Positions 9,275-17,706 of a DNA stretch of 64,000 nucleotides are shown here, piece after piece. Below the pieces are notes generated by a model that was not told the origin of the DNA, did not search any database, and saw only the letters and a list, made by a program, of their open reading frames with translations. The DNA comes from an uncultured bacterium. Its GTDB lineage: Bacteria > Verrucomicrobiota > Kiritimatiellia > CAIKKV01 > CALHGX01. Both the position numbers and the translations under genes were made by a program. Positions within the stretch are counted from its first letter, which is position 1. Every line of letters begins with the position of its first letter. Where the stretch lies: the NCBI GenBank assembly GCA_938031185.1, contig CALHGX010000009.1, forward strand, positions 106,837-170,836, in the 5' to 3' direction.

Positions 9275-11005
9275 ATGACCAACGGCGGCGAAATCATCGT
9301 CTGCGCGCTGCAGGAACAGGGAGCCGATACGGTTTTCACACTCCCCGGATCGGGCATTCTGTCCATCCTTCAAGAAGCAGCGCGGCGGCTGCGCGTCATT
9401 TCCGGACGCCACGAAACGTCGGTTGTGCAAATGGCCGAAGGATGGGCACGAATACGGCGCGCGCCGGGTGTGGCCATTCTTCCCGAAGGCCCCGGCCTCG
9501 CCAACGGCATCGGTGGGCTGGCCTCGGCCTTCGCCGAGAGAACGCCGCTGGTCGTCCTGAGCGCGCTCCCCCCCCAAGCGGAACTGGGTCGGGGCGCGCG
9601 GCAGGAATTGCCACAAGTGGAGCTCTGTGCTCCCATCTGCAAGTCCTCAATTATGGTGACCCGGCCCAGCCAAATCGCCCAGGCTCTGGCCGATGCTTTT
9701 ACACAAGCTCGAGTCGGCGTACCGGGTCCCGTCCATCTGGCGCTCCCCCTGGATGTGATCGAAGCACGCGGACCAACATCACCCCAGGCGATGAAGCCCG
9801 CATCGCCCGCAGAGCAAGAAAACATCGCTTCCCCAGACGCTATTGCCGAGGTCGTACGCCTGCTCGCCGGCGCCCGGCGGCCAGTGGTCGTCGCAGGCAG
9901 CCTGGCCTACTGGCATCGTGCCGACCATCTCCTACGCGCCTTCATCGAACAAACCGGTTTGCCGCTTTTCACTGTGGAACGGGCAAGAGGACTTCTGCCC
10001 GATGCGCATCCGCTCTGCTTCGGGGATGCCTACGCCACCGTTAACCACGCGGCGGCCCTGCTCCAGCACGCCGATGTGGTGCTGCTTCTGGGCGAACCGC
10101 TCGACTGCCGATTCGCCTACGGCCGCGCCTTTGGCCGGTCTCGCATCCTCCATCTCTGGGCCAAATCACGTCCGTCCGCCATGAGCGGCGAGAACGAAAT
10201 CCTGCGCGTTGCCGGCCGGTGTGATGCCGCGCTGGAAAGCCTCCTGCTTCAGGCGGCATCATTCGCTTGGCCCCCGCGCACGGACTGGCTTGCCGCTCTG
10301 CAAGCCGCGCGCGAGGCTCATCATCAGATGGTCCATCGCTCGCCAACCTTCACGCGAAGCGATGCCGTGGACTACGGCCTGCACCCCGTCGAAATGACCC
10401 GGATGGTGGCCGCCGTCCTCCCGGAAAATGCTTTGCTGGCATTTGACGGCGGCAACGTGTCTGGCTGGGCGCGTACCGTCCTCTCCGCTCGACGCCCAGG
10501 CGATTGGCAACTCAATACGGTCTTCGGACAGATGGGACCGGGCCTGTCCTACGCGCTTGGCGCCCGCGTGGCGGAGCCCCAAACTCCCGTGTTCCTGATC
10601 ACCGGCGACGGGGCCTTCGGGATGAGCATCGGCGAAATCGAAACGGCGGTCCGCCACGATCTGCCCGTGGTCGTCATCGTTGGAAATGATGCGGCATGGG
10701 GTATTGAGCATCATTTCGAAAGGGTGCTCTACCCGCACACCCCCTCCTCAATCATGACGCTGAACCGGACGCGTTGGGACCTTGTAGCCGAAGCCCTCGG
10801 CGCGCATGGCGAGTTCGTTGACCATGTCGAACAATTACCGCCAGCATTGGAACGGGCGGTCTCAAGCGGACGCCCGGCGTGCGTCAACGTGCAGTTGCGA
10901 TGGGCCCCCAGCCCGCTCGCGCGAATGTTCACCGGCATTCTTCGGCGCGAGCGACGTCAAGTCGCGTCCCCCGGCGCCGCCAGCAATAGGGAGGAGTCTG
11001 CCTGA
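9275..11005 (+). CDS. Thiamine diphosphate-dependent enzyme, acetolactate synthase-like/2-hydroxyacyl-CoA lyase-like superfamily
   Basis: VFTLPG, RHE catalytic Glu, GPGLAN, GPVHLALPLDV, GDGAFG...VGNDAAWG ThDP motif; 576 aa. Confidence 0.9.
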   Translation: MTNGGEIIVCALQEQGADTVFTLPGSGILSILQEAARRLRVISGRHETSVVQMAEGWARIRRAPGVAILPEGPGLANGIGGLASAFAERTPLVVLSALPPQAELGRGARQELPQVELCAPICKSSIMVTRPSQIAQALADAFTQARVGVPGPVHLALPLDVIEARGPTSPQAMKPASPAEQENIASPDAIAEVVRLLAGARRPVVVAGSLAYWHRADHLLRAFIEQTGLPLFTVERARGLLPDAHPLCFGDAYATVNHAAALLQHADVVLLLGEPLDCRFAYGRAFGRSRILHLWAKSRPSAMSGENEILRVAGRCDAALESLLLQAASFAWPPRTDWLAALQAAREAHHQMVHRSPTFTRSDAVDYGLHPVEMTRMVAAVLPENALLAFDGGNVSGWARTVLSARRPGDWQLNTVFGQMGPGLSYALGARVAEPQTPVFLITGDGAFGMSIGEIETAVRHDLPVVVIVGNDAAWGIEHHFERVLYPHTPSSIMTLNRTRWDLVAEALGAHGEFVDHVEQLPPALERAVSSGRPACVNVQLRWAPSPLARMFTGILRRERRQVASPGAASNREESA

Positions 11006-12684
11006 TGTCCCCCCCGCCCCGTACGGACGACCGGCCGGACGCCGTGATCATCGGGTTCCACGAGCCTGATCTCGATCGCCTCATGGAAGTGCGCCGACGA
11101 ATGGCAGATTCCTCCGGCGCATTCCGCCAAATGGCCGGCAGTGTTTTTCGCGTCAAAGGCCACTGGCTCCATCACAGCGAGCTGCTGAATGCCGCGGCAA
11201 GCGAAGCCGTCGGCCGCCATCCGAACCTAAGCCCCATGACTCTGCCCTCCCTCGCCGCATGCTATCTCTTCTCGTACCTCGCCCGGCGCGCTTTTCGAGT
11301 GGAACTCGTGAACTCCTTCGATCGGGACCGCGAACGCCTGGAAGAAATCCTTCGCCAAAGGCCGCGGGCCGCCGTGGTGACCACGACATTCTACTTGGAG
11401 CCGGAGCCGATTCAGGACGTCATCCGGCATCTGAAGGCGCATTCGCCGGACACGCTCGTGATTGTTGGCGGCCCTTTCATTCATGCGCTGTGCTCAAGCG
11501 GTCCCGCCGAAGCGCAGGATCGCGTGCTTCAATCCATCGGTGCTGATATCTACATTCACAGTGCACAGGGAGAAGCCACGCTCGCCCGCGTCATCCGTGA
11601 ACTGGCCGCGGGGGCCCTCCCTTCGGCTGGATCCTCGGCATGGCTTCAGATTCCAAATCTCGTTCTTCCGCCCGCTGCTCGAGGCCGCGACGCCTTTATC
11701 CGGACGCCGTTGGCTGTCGAGGACAATGACATGGACAGCGACGTCGTGGATTGGGACGGCATTCCTGCGCGCGTCGTCGCGCCCACCGCCCTTCTTTTTT
11801 CCACCCGCAGTTGTCCGTTCCGATGCTCCTTCTGCCGCTATCCAAGCTTGGCGGGATCTGTGCGAATGACCAGCATACCCGTCATCGAACACCAGATGAG
11901 CCGGCTTCATGCCAAAGGGGTCCGAACGTTGATCTTCCCCGACGACACTCCCAATGTGCCCCGCAATCGGTTCAAGGACCTGTTGCGCATGATGATACGC
12001 CGGGGCTTTGGCTTTTCCTGGTTCTCCAACCTCCGCTGCGCCGAGGCGGATGTCGAGACGTATGATCTGCTGGCCGCCGCCGGTTGCCGCGGCGTTTTTC
12101 TTGGAATCGAATCCGCGTCCCAGACTCTATTGGACAACATGAACAAGCATTCCACCGTGGAGGCCTATCGCCGAGGCATTCACGAATTGCGCCGACGCGG
12201 CATTCTCTCCTACGCGTCCTTCATCGTGGGCTTCCCGGGCGAAACAGACGACACGGTTCGCGAGACCATTGCTTTCGTAAACGAGGTTCAGCCGGACTAC
12301 TATCAGGTGCATCTCTACTACCACAGCCGTCTTGCCCCCATTCACGCCCATGCTCGGGAATTCGGCTTGCGCGGCGGCGACTATAGTTGGACACACCGCA
12401 CTATGGACTGGCGGCGCGCCGCCGACTGGGTGGACGCGTTTCGCGAAGACATTCGCGGGCCCGTGTTGGGTACCAGTTATCTCTCAACCCTGTGGTTTAT
12501 CGCCTACCTTCACGGCCTCGGCGCCCCCTTGCCGATAGTCCGCAAGTTCATGGCTGCCAGCGCGGACATGATTCGGCGCCAGCGTGCCCTCTGGACCGGC
12601 GGTCACCTCTCCGAAGAGATCCCGCCAGCCGTCGTCTCCGCCGCCGGCCAACTGGTTTCTGCCATCACGGAGGCGCAACGATGA
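11005..12684 (+). CDS. Cobalamin-dependent radical SAM protein, PhpK/BcpD P-methyltransferase-like
   Basis: CPFRCSFC; N-terminal DAVIIGF..., TTTFY, IVGGPFI, IGADIYIHS.QGEATL; FPDDTPNVPRNRFKDLLRMMIR, AGCRGVFLGIES, IVGFPGET, WTHRTMD match my recollection of the PhpK family. Confidence 0.75.
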   Translation: MSPPPRTDDRPDAVIIGFHEPDLDRLMEVRRRMADSSGAFRQMAGSVFRVKGHWLHHSELLNAAASEAVGRHPNLSPMTLPSLAACYLFSYLARRAFRVELVNSFDRDRERLEEILRQRPRAAVVTTTFYLEPEPIQDVIRHLKAHSPDTLVIVGGPFIHALCSSGPAEAQDRVLQSIGADIYIHSAQGEATLARVIRELAAGALPSAGSSAWLQIPNLVLPPAARGRDAFIRTPLAVEDNDMDSDVVDWDGIPARVVAPTALLFSTRSCPFRCSFCRYPSLAGSVRMTSIPVIEHQMSRLHAKGVRTLIFPDDTPNVPRNRFKDLLRMMIRRGFGFSWFSNLRCAEADVETYDLLAAAGCRGVFLGIESASQTLLDNMNKHSTVEAYRRGIHELRRRGILSYASFIVGFPGETDDTVRETIAFVNEVQPDYYQVHLYYHSRLAPIHAHAREFGLRGGDYSWTHRTMDWRRAADWVDAFREDIRGPVLGTSYLSTLWFIAYLHGLGAPLPIVRKFMAASADMIRRQRALWTGGHLSEEIPPAVVSAAGQLVSAITEAQR

Positions 12685-14084
12685 AGCTAGCCCTGGTGCA
12701 TCTGGCTCCGGATAGCACCGAGCCGCCGTTGGGGCTGGCCTCGATGGCGGCCTATCTGCGCAGCTATGCCGACTTCCATGGCGCCGTCATTGTGGATGCC
12801 GACCACCCGCTCGACACTCTGCTCAAAACCAAGCCGGACCTCGTTGGCATATCCGCCCTTACCTACCAGTACCCCGCCGCGCGCGCCCTGGCCGCCGAAC
12901 TGCGAGCCGCAATGCCACGCGTTCCCTTGATCCTCGGCGGCTACCATATCTCCGTCTTCCCCGACCACTTGGCCGCCACAGCATTCGACGTGGGCGTCAT
13001 CGGAGAAGGGGAGCAGACGCTGTGCGAACTGGTGAAGCTCTTTCAACGGGACGGCTCGCTGGCCCCGGCCGGGCTTCGCCAAATCCACGGTCTTGTTTTT
13101 CGCAATGAACAAAGGGCCATGGAGCTGACGCCGCCCCGGCCTCTGATTGAGCCGCTCGATCAGATTCCCATGCCCGCCTGGGATCTGTTCCAGCGCCGAA
13201 GCGACTACCTCGCCCCACGCCGAGGCTTGTTCCACCGACTGGGCGTTTATCCGGCCATGCTAACTTCTCGCGGCTGTCCCTATCAATGCGCCTTCTGTTC
13301 GCCCACTCGTTTTTGGGGTCATTTTCGCCTCTTCTCCGCCGAACGGGTTGTGGAAGAAATGGAATGGCTTGCCCGAACATGCCAAGCTGATGGACTGTTC
13401 ATCTGGGACGATCTCTTCACCGTAAATCGCACTCGTCTGCGGCGCATCGCCGATCTGTTCGAAGCGAACGGCCTGCATCGCCGTCTTCGTCTCTGTATTT
13501 TCGGGCGCACCAACCTGCTCGACGAGGAAATGGCTGACTTGCTCCAACGTCTGCGCGTCGAAGGCATCTTCTTCGGCCTCGAGTCGGGTTCTCAACGCGT
13601 TCTCGACTATCTGAAGAAGGGCACCGTCCGTGTAGAGAACAACTACCGCGCCCTGCGACTTTGCAAGGCGCGCGGCATGCGCACCGTCGGCACCCTGATC
13701 ATCGGCGCCCCCGTTGAAACAGAGGAGGATTTGGAGGACACGCGTCGGCTCGCCACGTCGCCAGACCTTGACTATGCGATGATCTGCCACCTCACCCCGC
13801 TGCCCGGCACGGAGGTCTGGGAAGAGGCTAGGCACGACGGCCTCGTGTCCAACAAGCCAGATTTTGACTTTGCCTCGCTGGACGGATGGCACTTCCGCGA
13901 ACGATTCGTCATGACGCGCCATGTCTCGCCGGCCGCGCTTCGCGCGTGGTATGAGCGGCTCCGCCGGGAAGCCAACCACCGGACGGATCGCCCGAAACTG
14001 GGCTGGCGAGAACTACGCCATCTTTTGAATCGCCGCCTGTGGAACACGGCGGCACGGCAGTTCCTGCAGCGGGCCCGCCGCTAG
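12681..14084 (+). CDS. Cobalamin-binding (class B) radical SAM protein
   Basis: PPLGLASMAAYL, ILGGYHIS, GEGE, TSRGCPYQCAFC, DDLF, FGLESGSQ, LTPLPGT; ATG at 12681 overlaps upstream TGA, GGAGG SD. Confidence 0.92.
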   Translation: MKLALVHLAPDSTEPPLGLASMAAYLRSYADFHGAVIVDADHPLDTLLKTKPDLVGISALTYQYPAARALAAELRAAMPRVPLILGGYHISVFPDHLAATAFDVGVIGEGEQTLCELVKLFQRDGSLAPAGLRQIHGLVFRNEQRAMELTPPRPLIEPLDQIPMPAWDLFQRRSDYLAPRRGLFHRLGVYPAMLTSRGCPYQCAFCSPTRFWGHFRLFSAERVVEEMEWLARTCQADGLFIWDDLFTVNRTRLRRIADLFEANGLHRRLRLCIFGRTNLLDEEMADLLQRLRVEGIFFGLESGSQRVLDYLKKGTVRVENNYRALRLCKARGMRTVGTLIIGAPVETEEDLEDTRRLATSPDLDYAMICHLTPLPGTEVWEEARHDGLVSNKPDFDFASLDGWHFRERFVMTRHVSPAALRAWYERLRREANHRTDRPKLGWRELRHLLNRRLWNTAARQFLQRARR

Positions 14085-14090
14085 CTGTTC

Positions 14091-14906
14091 CTACCACCAG
14101 CGACGAACGGAATCGCACGGCTCCTCCGCGCCCGGCGGCGGCACGCGAAAAATCACGCGCGCCGGATTCCCCGCCACCACCGCATAGGGCGGCACATGGT
14201 GCCGCACAATGGAGCCGGCGGAAACGGTCGCACCGCGCCCTACATGCACCCCGGGAAAGATCATGCATCGCATGCCGATCCAGACATCGTCGTCAATACG
14301 GACTTCCCGCACCTCCTCGTCCGCGGGCGGCGCGCCGCGACGGCGAGCCATCGGGTCGGTGACGTGGCCGCTGGAATCGAACACCACCACTTCGCCGGAT
14401 AGCATACAGTTGCGCCCGATCGTGATCCGGCGGCCGGCGATGAACACACACCCGTGCCCGATGCCTGTGCCATCCCCGATTTCAATCACCGGACGGACCG
14501 CGAACCGGGCCCCAAAGGTAAAAGTGCATTTGCCGTCCACCCACACCCGATCCCCAACAATCAAATCCCCGCGTCCCTGGATCCAGTGGACGAAGACGCC
14601 CGTGTGCACATCCCGTCCGCACTGTTTGCAGTAGGCCTTGAAGATGGGCTCGCAAATCAGCGCGCGCTTGAGGAAATGCCAGACAGCCCGCCCCGCAACG
14701 AGAAGCGTTCTGAAAGTCCGTCCCACCCAGCGAGGCACGGGAAGGGAGATAAATTCCCGCGCATGATAGAGCCGCCGCGCGCGGCGGGCCAAAGGCCGGT
14801 CCGACCGCGCCAGACGCTGAAGCCATCCACGCCTTATCGGCATGCCTTGGGGCGCCGAAGAACAACTGCCATTTGACTCGGAGGCGCCTCGTGTATCGTC
14901 CGCCAT
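14091..14906 (-). CDS. Left-handed beta-helix (hexapeptide repeat) O-acyltransferase
   Basis: IEIGDGTGIG, ITIGRNCML, VRIDDDVWIGMRCMIFPGVHVGRGATVSAGSIV...VVAGNPARVI. Confidence 0.88.
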   Translation of the reverse strand: MADDTRGASESNGSCSSAPQGMPIRRGWLQRLARSDRPLARRARRLYHAREFISLPVPRWVGRTFRTLLVAGRAVWHFLKRALICEPIFKAYCKQCGRDVHTGVFVHWIQGRGDLIVGDRVWVDGKCTFTFGARFAVRPVIEIGDGTGIGHGCVFIAGRRITIGRNCMLSGEVVVFDSSGHVTDPMARRRGAPPADEEVREVRIDDDVWIGMRCMIFPGVHVGRGATVSAGSIVRHHVPPYAVVAGNPARVIFRVPPPGAEEPCDSVRRWW

Positions 14907-14917
14907 TCGGACTACCT

Positions 14918-15646
14918 CTATGACGAAAGCAGATGTTGCCCCCCATCCACAAACAGCGTCTGTCCGGTCACGCCGTCAAGGCGCAATAGCGCCACCACGC
15001 CCTCCGCCACGGCGGCGGCCGACAGGGTCCCGGGCAAGGGCATCCGCCCTGCAACCTCTCGAAGGCATTTCGCGCCGCGGCCCGGCGGCGCCAGAACGGG
15101 CCCCGGCGCCACGGCGTTCATCGTGAACGCCGGAGCCAGCTCTAAAGCGGCGATCCGCGTGAACTCGGCCAGCCCCTTTTTCGAAAGCAGATAGGGCAGA
15201 CACCCCGCCTCCACGCCCGCCACACGGCGATCGAGCAAATTGATGATGCGCCCCCCTTCTGCGAGTTCGGTGAACCGCCGGGTCAGATAGACCGGCACGT
15301 AGAGATTCACCCGCATTTCTTCTTCCAATCGTCGCGCCGTGGTGGTCCGGAGGCCGTCCTTGTGAAAGACAGCCGCGTTGTTCACAAGCACATCCAGCCG
15401 GCCCGCCGCGGCCCAGGCACGCTCCACCAATCGGCGGCAATCCGGTTCGCTGTCCAAACGGCCACAAAGGGGCCATGCTTCCACACCCCGGGATCGAATC
15501 GCTCGCGCCAAATTGCCGGCTTCCTTCCGAGATTGCCTGTAGTGAATGACGACGGCACAACGCTCTCGCGCAAGCGCTTCGCATATCGCGCGCCCAATGC
15601 GAACCGCGCCTCCTGTCACCAGCGCTACGCGTCCGGCCAGCTCCAT
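14918..15646 (-). CDS. SDR family oxidoreductase, pteridine reductase/FolM-like
   Basis: VALVTGGAVRIG, IHYRQS, VNNAAVF, YLLSK, NAVAPG, VTGQTLFVDGG. Confidence 0.85.
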   Translation of the reverse strand: MELAGRVALVTGGAVRIGRAICEALARERCAVVIHYRQSRKEAGNLARAIRSRGVEAWPLCGRLDSEPDCRRLVERAWAAAGRLDVLVNNAAVFHKDGLRTTTARRLEEEMRVNLYVPVYLTRRFTELAEGGRIINLLDRRVAGVEAGCLPYLLSKKGLAEFTRIAALELAPAFTMNAVAPGPVLAPPGRGAKCLREVAGRMPLPGTLSAAAVAEGVVALLRLDGVTGQTLFVDGGQHLLSS

Positions 15647-15677
15647 ATCCGCCCCTCGTTCTTCCTCAGAACCTCGG

Positions 15678-16964
15678 TCAATCAAGCCGCGCCATTCCAG
15701 TAATGAGCCGATGCTCCTCCAACCCCGACTCGGCCGGCGCCACAACCGCCAGACTGGCCTTGCAGCTTCGAAAGACGTCCCCGGCCACCCGCATCACATC
15801 CTGGGACGTCACGGCTTCCACCTGCGCGATGATTTCTTCCGGCGGAATGAAGCGGCCGTATGAAAGAATGTTGTCGCCGACCCACAACATCTGATTCGCG
15901 GTGCCTTCCAAACTGAGCCGCAACTGGCCTACGGCGTAATCCTTCGCCCGCCGCAGTTCGGCCCCGCTCATCGGCGCCATCTTCATTTTGTTCAATTCGC
16001 CGACGATCAGATCCAACGCCCGCATCGTCCGTTTCCGATCCAACCCCGCGGACACGCTCAGAACGCCTGTCTCATCGAACAACTGCGCGCCAGAGTGGAT
16101 CGAATAAGCCAGCCCGTGGCGCTCGCGGACGGTGTGAAAGAGCCGCGAGCTCATGTTTTCTCCCAGCGCCACGCTCAACACCCGCAATGCGTACCGATCG
16201 GGATGACGCCGGCCGAACAAACGAAAGCCCATCGCCACATGCGTCTGTTCGATGGCCTTTCCAATCAACGCCACGGGTTTCTGCTTCACCGCGGCGGTCA
16301 CCTTCTTCCACGCTGGCGCCGCCCCCGCTGGCCGCGCGCCCAACAGCCGTTCCACTCGCTTCACGCATGCCTCATGATCCACGGCCCCCGCAAAAACCGC
16401 CACCGTGCGGGCCGGAACATAGTGCGTGCGAAGATACCGGCGCATGACTCCGCGGCCGACTCTGCCCAGGTTCTCCGGCGTGCCCGTCAAGGGCCGCCCG
16501 AGCGCGTGATCCGCCCATAACAATTCGCCAAGCGTTTCCTCCGCCACATGCTGCGGCTGGTCTCGATACATCATGATTTCTTCCAGAATCACGCCTCGTT
16601 CCTTAGCTATGTCCTCTTCGGCCAGCTTCGGATCCAAGTACATGTCCGTCAACACGTCCAGCGCCGTCCAGGCATGCTCAGATGCCACGCGAGCGTAGTA
16701 GCAGGTGCTTTCCTCCTGCGTGAAGGCATTCAGATACCCCCCCCGCCCCTCAATCTCCCGGGATATCTCCTGCGCCGTGCGACGCCTCGTCCCTTTGAAC
16801 AGCAGGTGCTCGAGAAAATGGCTGACACCCGACTCCTCGGGAGATTCATGCCGTCCGCCCGCACCCACCCATAGACCGATCGCGACGCTGGACACCTGAG
16901 GCATGCGCGCGGTGATCACACAAAGTCCGTTGGACAGGTCCGTGCGCCGCACATCCATCATCAT
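15678..16964 (-). CDS. M16 family zinc metallopeptidase (pitrilysin-like)
   Basis: Inverted zinc motif HFLEH, LNAFT, ERGVILEE, SSRLF..VRERHGLAY. Confidence 0.94.
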   Translation of the reverse strand: MMMDVRRTDLSNGLCVITARMPQVSSVAIGLWVGAGGRHESPEESGVSHFLEHLLFKGTRRRTAQEISREIEGRGGYLNAFTQEESTCYYARVASEHAWTALDVLTDMYLDPKLAEEDIAKERGVILEEIMMYRDQPQHVAEETLGELLWADHALGRPLTGTPENLGRVGRGVMRRYLRTHYVPARTVAVFAGAVDHEACVKRVERLLGARPAGAAPAWKKVTAAVKQKPVALIGKAIEQTHVAMGFRLFGRRHPDRYALRVLSVALGENMSSRLFHTVRERHGLAYSIHSGAQLFDETGVLSVSAGLDRKRTMRALDLIVGELNKMKMAPMSGAELRRAKDYAVGQLRLSLEGTANQMLWVGDNILSYGRFIPPEEIIAQVEAVTSQDVMRVAGDVFRSCKASLAVVAPAESGLEEHRLITGMARLD

Positions 16965-16965
16965 C

Positions 16966-17706
16966 TCAATCCCCCTCCCCTTCGGCGACCGCTTGCAGAG
17001 CGCGCACCGAGGTCAGCCCTTCATACAAAGCCTTGCCGACGATCGCTCCCGCCAAGTTGGGCAGCCTCAATGCCATCAAACGCCGCACATCCTCCACAGA
17101 AGAAACGCCACCGGAGGCGATCACAGCGCAGGACAGCCCCCCGGCCACTCGCTGTATGAGTTCCACAGCCGGACCCTGCAACATGCCGTCCCGTCCTGTT
17201 TCCGTATAAATCACAGTATGCACCCCTGCCGCGGCCACATCGCGACCGAGCTCCCATGGCGCCACATCAGTCTCCTCACGCCATCCGGCGGTTTGCACAC
17301 GCCCGCCGCGGGCATCAATGCCCACCACAAGGCGCGCTCCAAAGCGTTCCACCAATGCCCTCAGACCCGCCAAATCCCGCACTGCCCTCGTCCCGAGAAT
17401 CACCCTGTCAACGCCGGCGGCAAGAAGGCTCGAGATGTCTTCATCCGTACGCAGCCCCCCTCCCGCCTGAATCGGCACCGGCACCCCAGCGGCAATGGTC
17501 GCCACCACCTCTCGATGAACCGGCCAGCCCTCGAAAGCGCCATCGAGATCCACCACATGCAGTCGCGTGGCTCCCTCCGCCACCCAGTGGCGCGCCATGC
17601 TCAGCGGGTCGTCCGAGTAAACAGTGGCATCTTCCGCCCGCCCCTGCCTCAACCGGACACAGCGGCCGTCTTTCAAATCAATCGCCGGTATGATCTCAAA
17701 TCTCAT
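16966..17706 (-). CDS. hisA: ProFAR isomerase (histidine biosynthesis)
   Basis: IIPAIDLKDGRCVRLRQG, LHVVDLDGA, GGGLR, RDGMLQGP, IASGGV. Confidence 0.96.
   Translation of the reverse strand: MRFEIIPAIDLKDGRCVRLRQGRAEDATVYSDDPLSMARHWVAEGATRLHVVDLDGAFEGWPVHREVVATIAAGVPVPIQAGGGLRTDEDISSLLAAGVDRVILGTRAVRDLAGLRALVERFGARLVVGIDARGGRVQTAGWREETDVAPWELGRDVAAAGVHTVIYTETGRDGMLQGPAVELIQRVAGGLSCAVIASGGVSSVEDVRRLMALRLPNLAGAIVGKALYEGLTSVRALQAVAEGEGD

Noticed and set aside
12387..12680. N-terminal extension of the second radical SAM ORF
   Set aside because: Overlaps the PhpK-like gene; the SD and ATGA coupling point to a start at 12681
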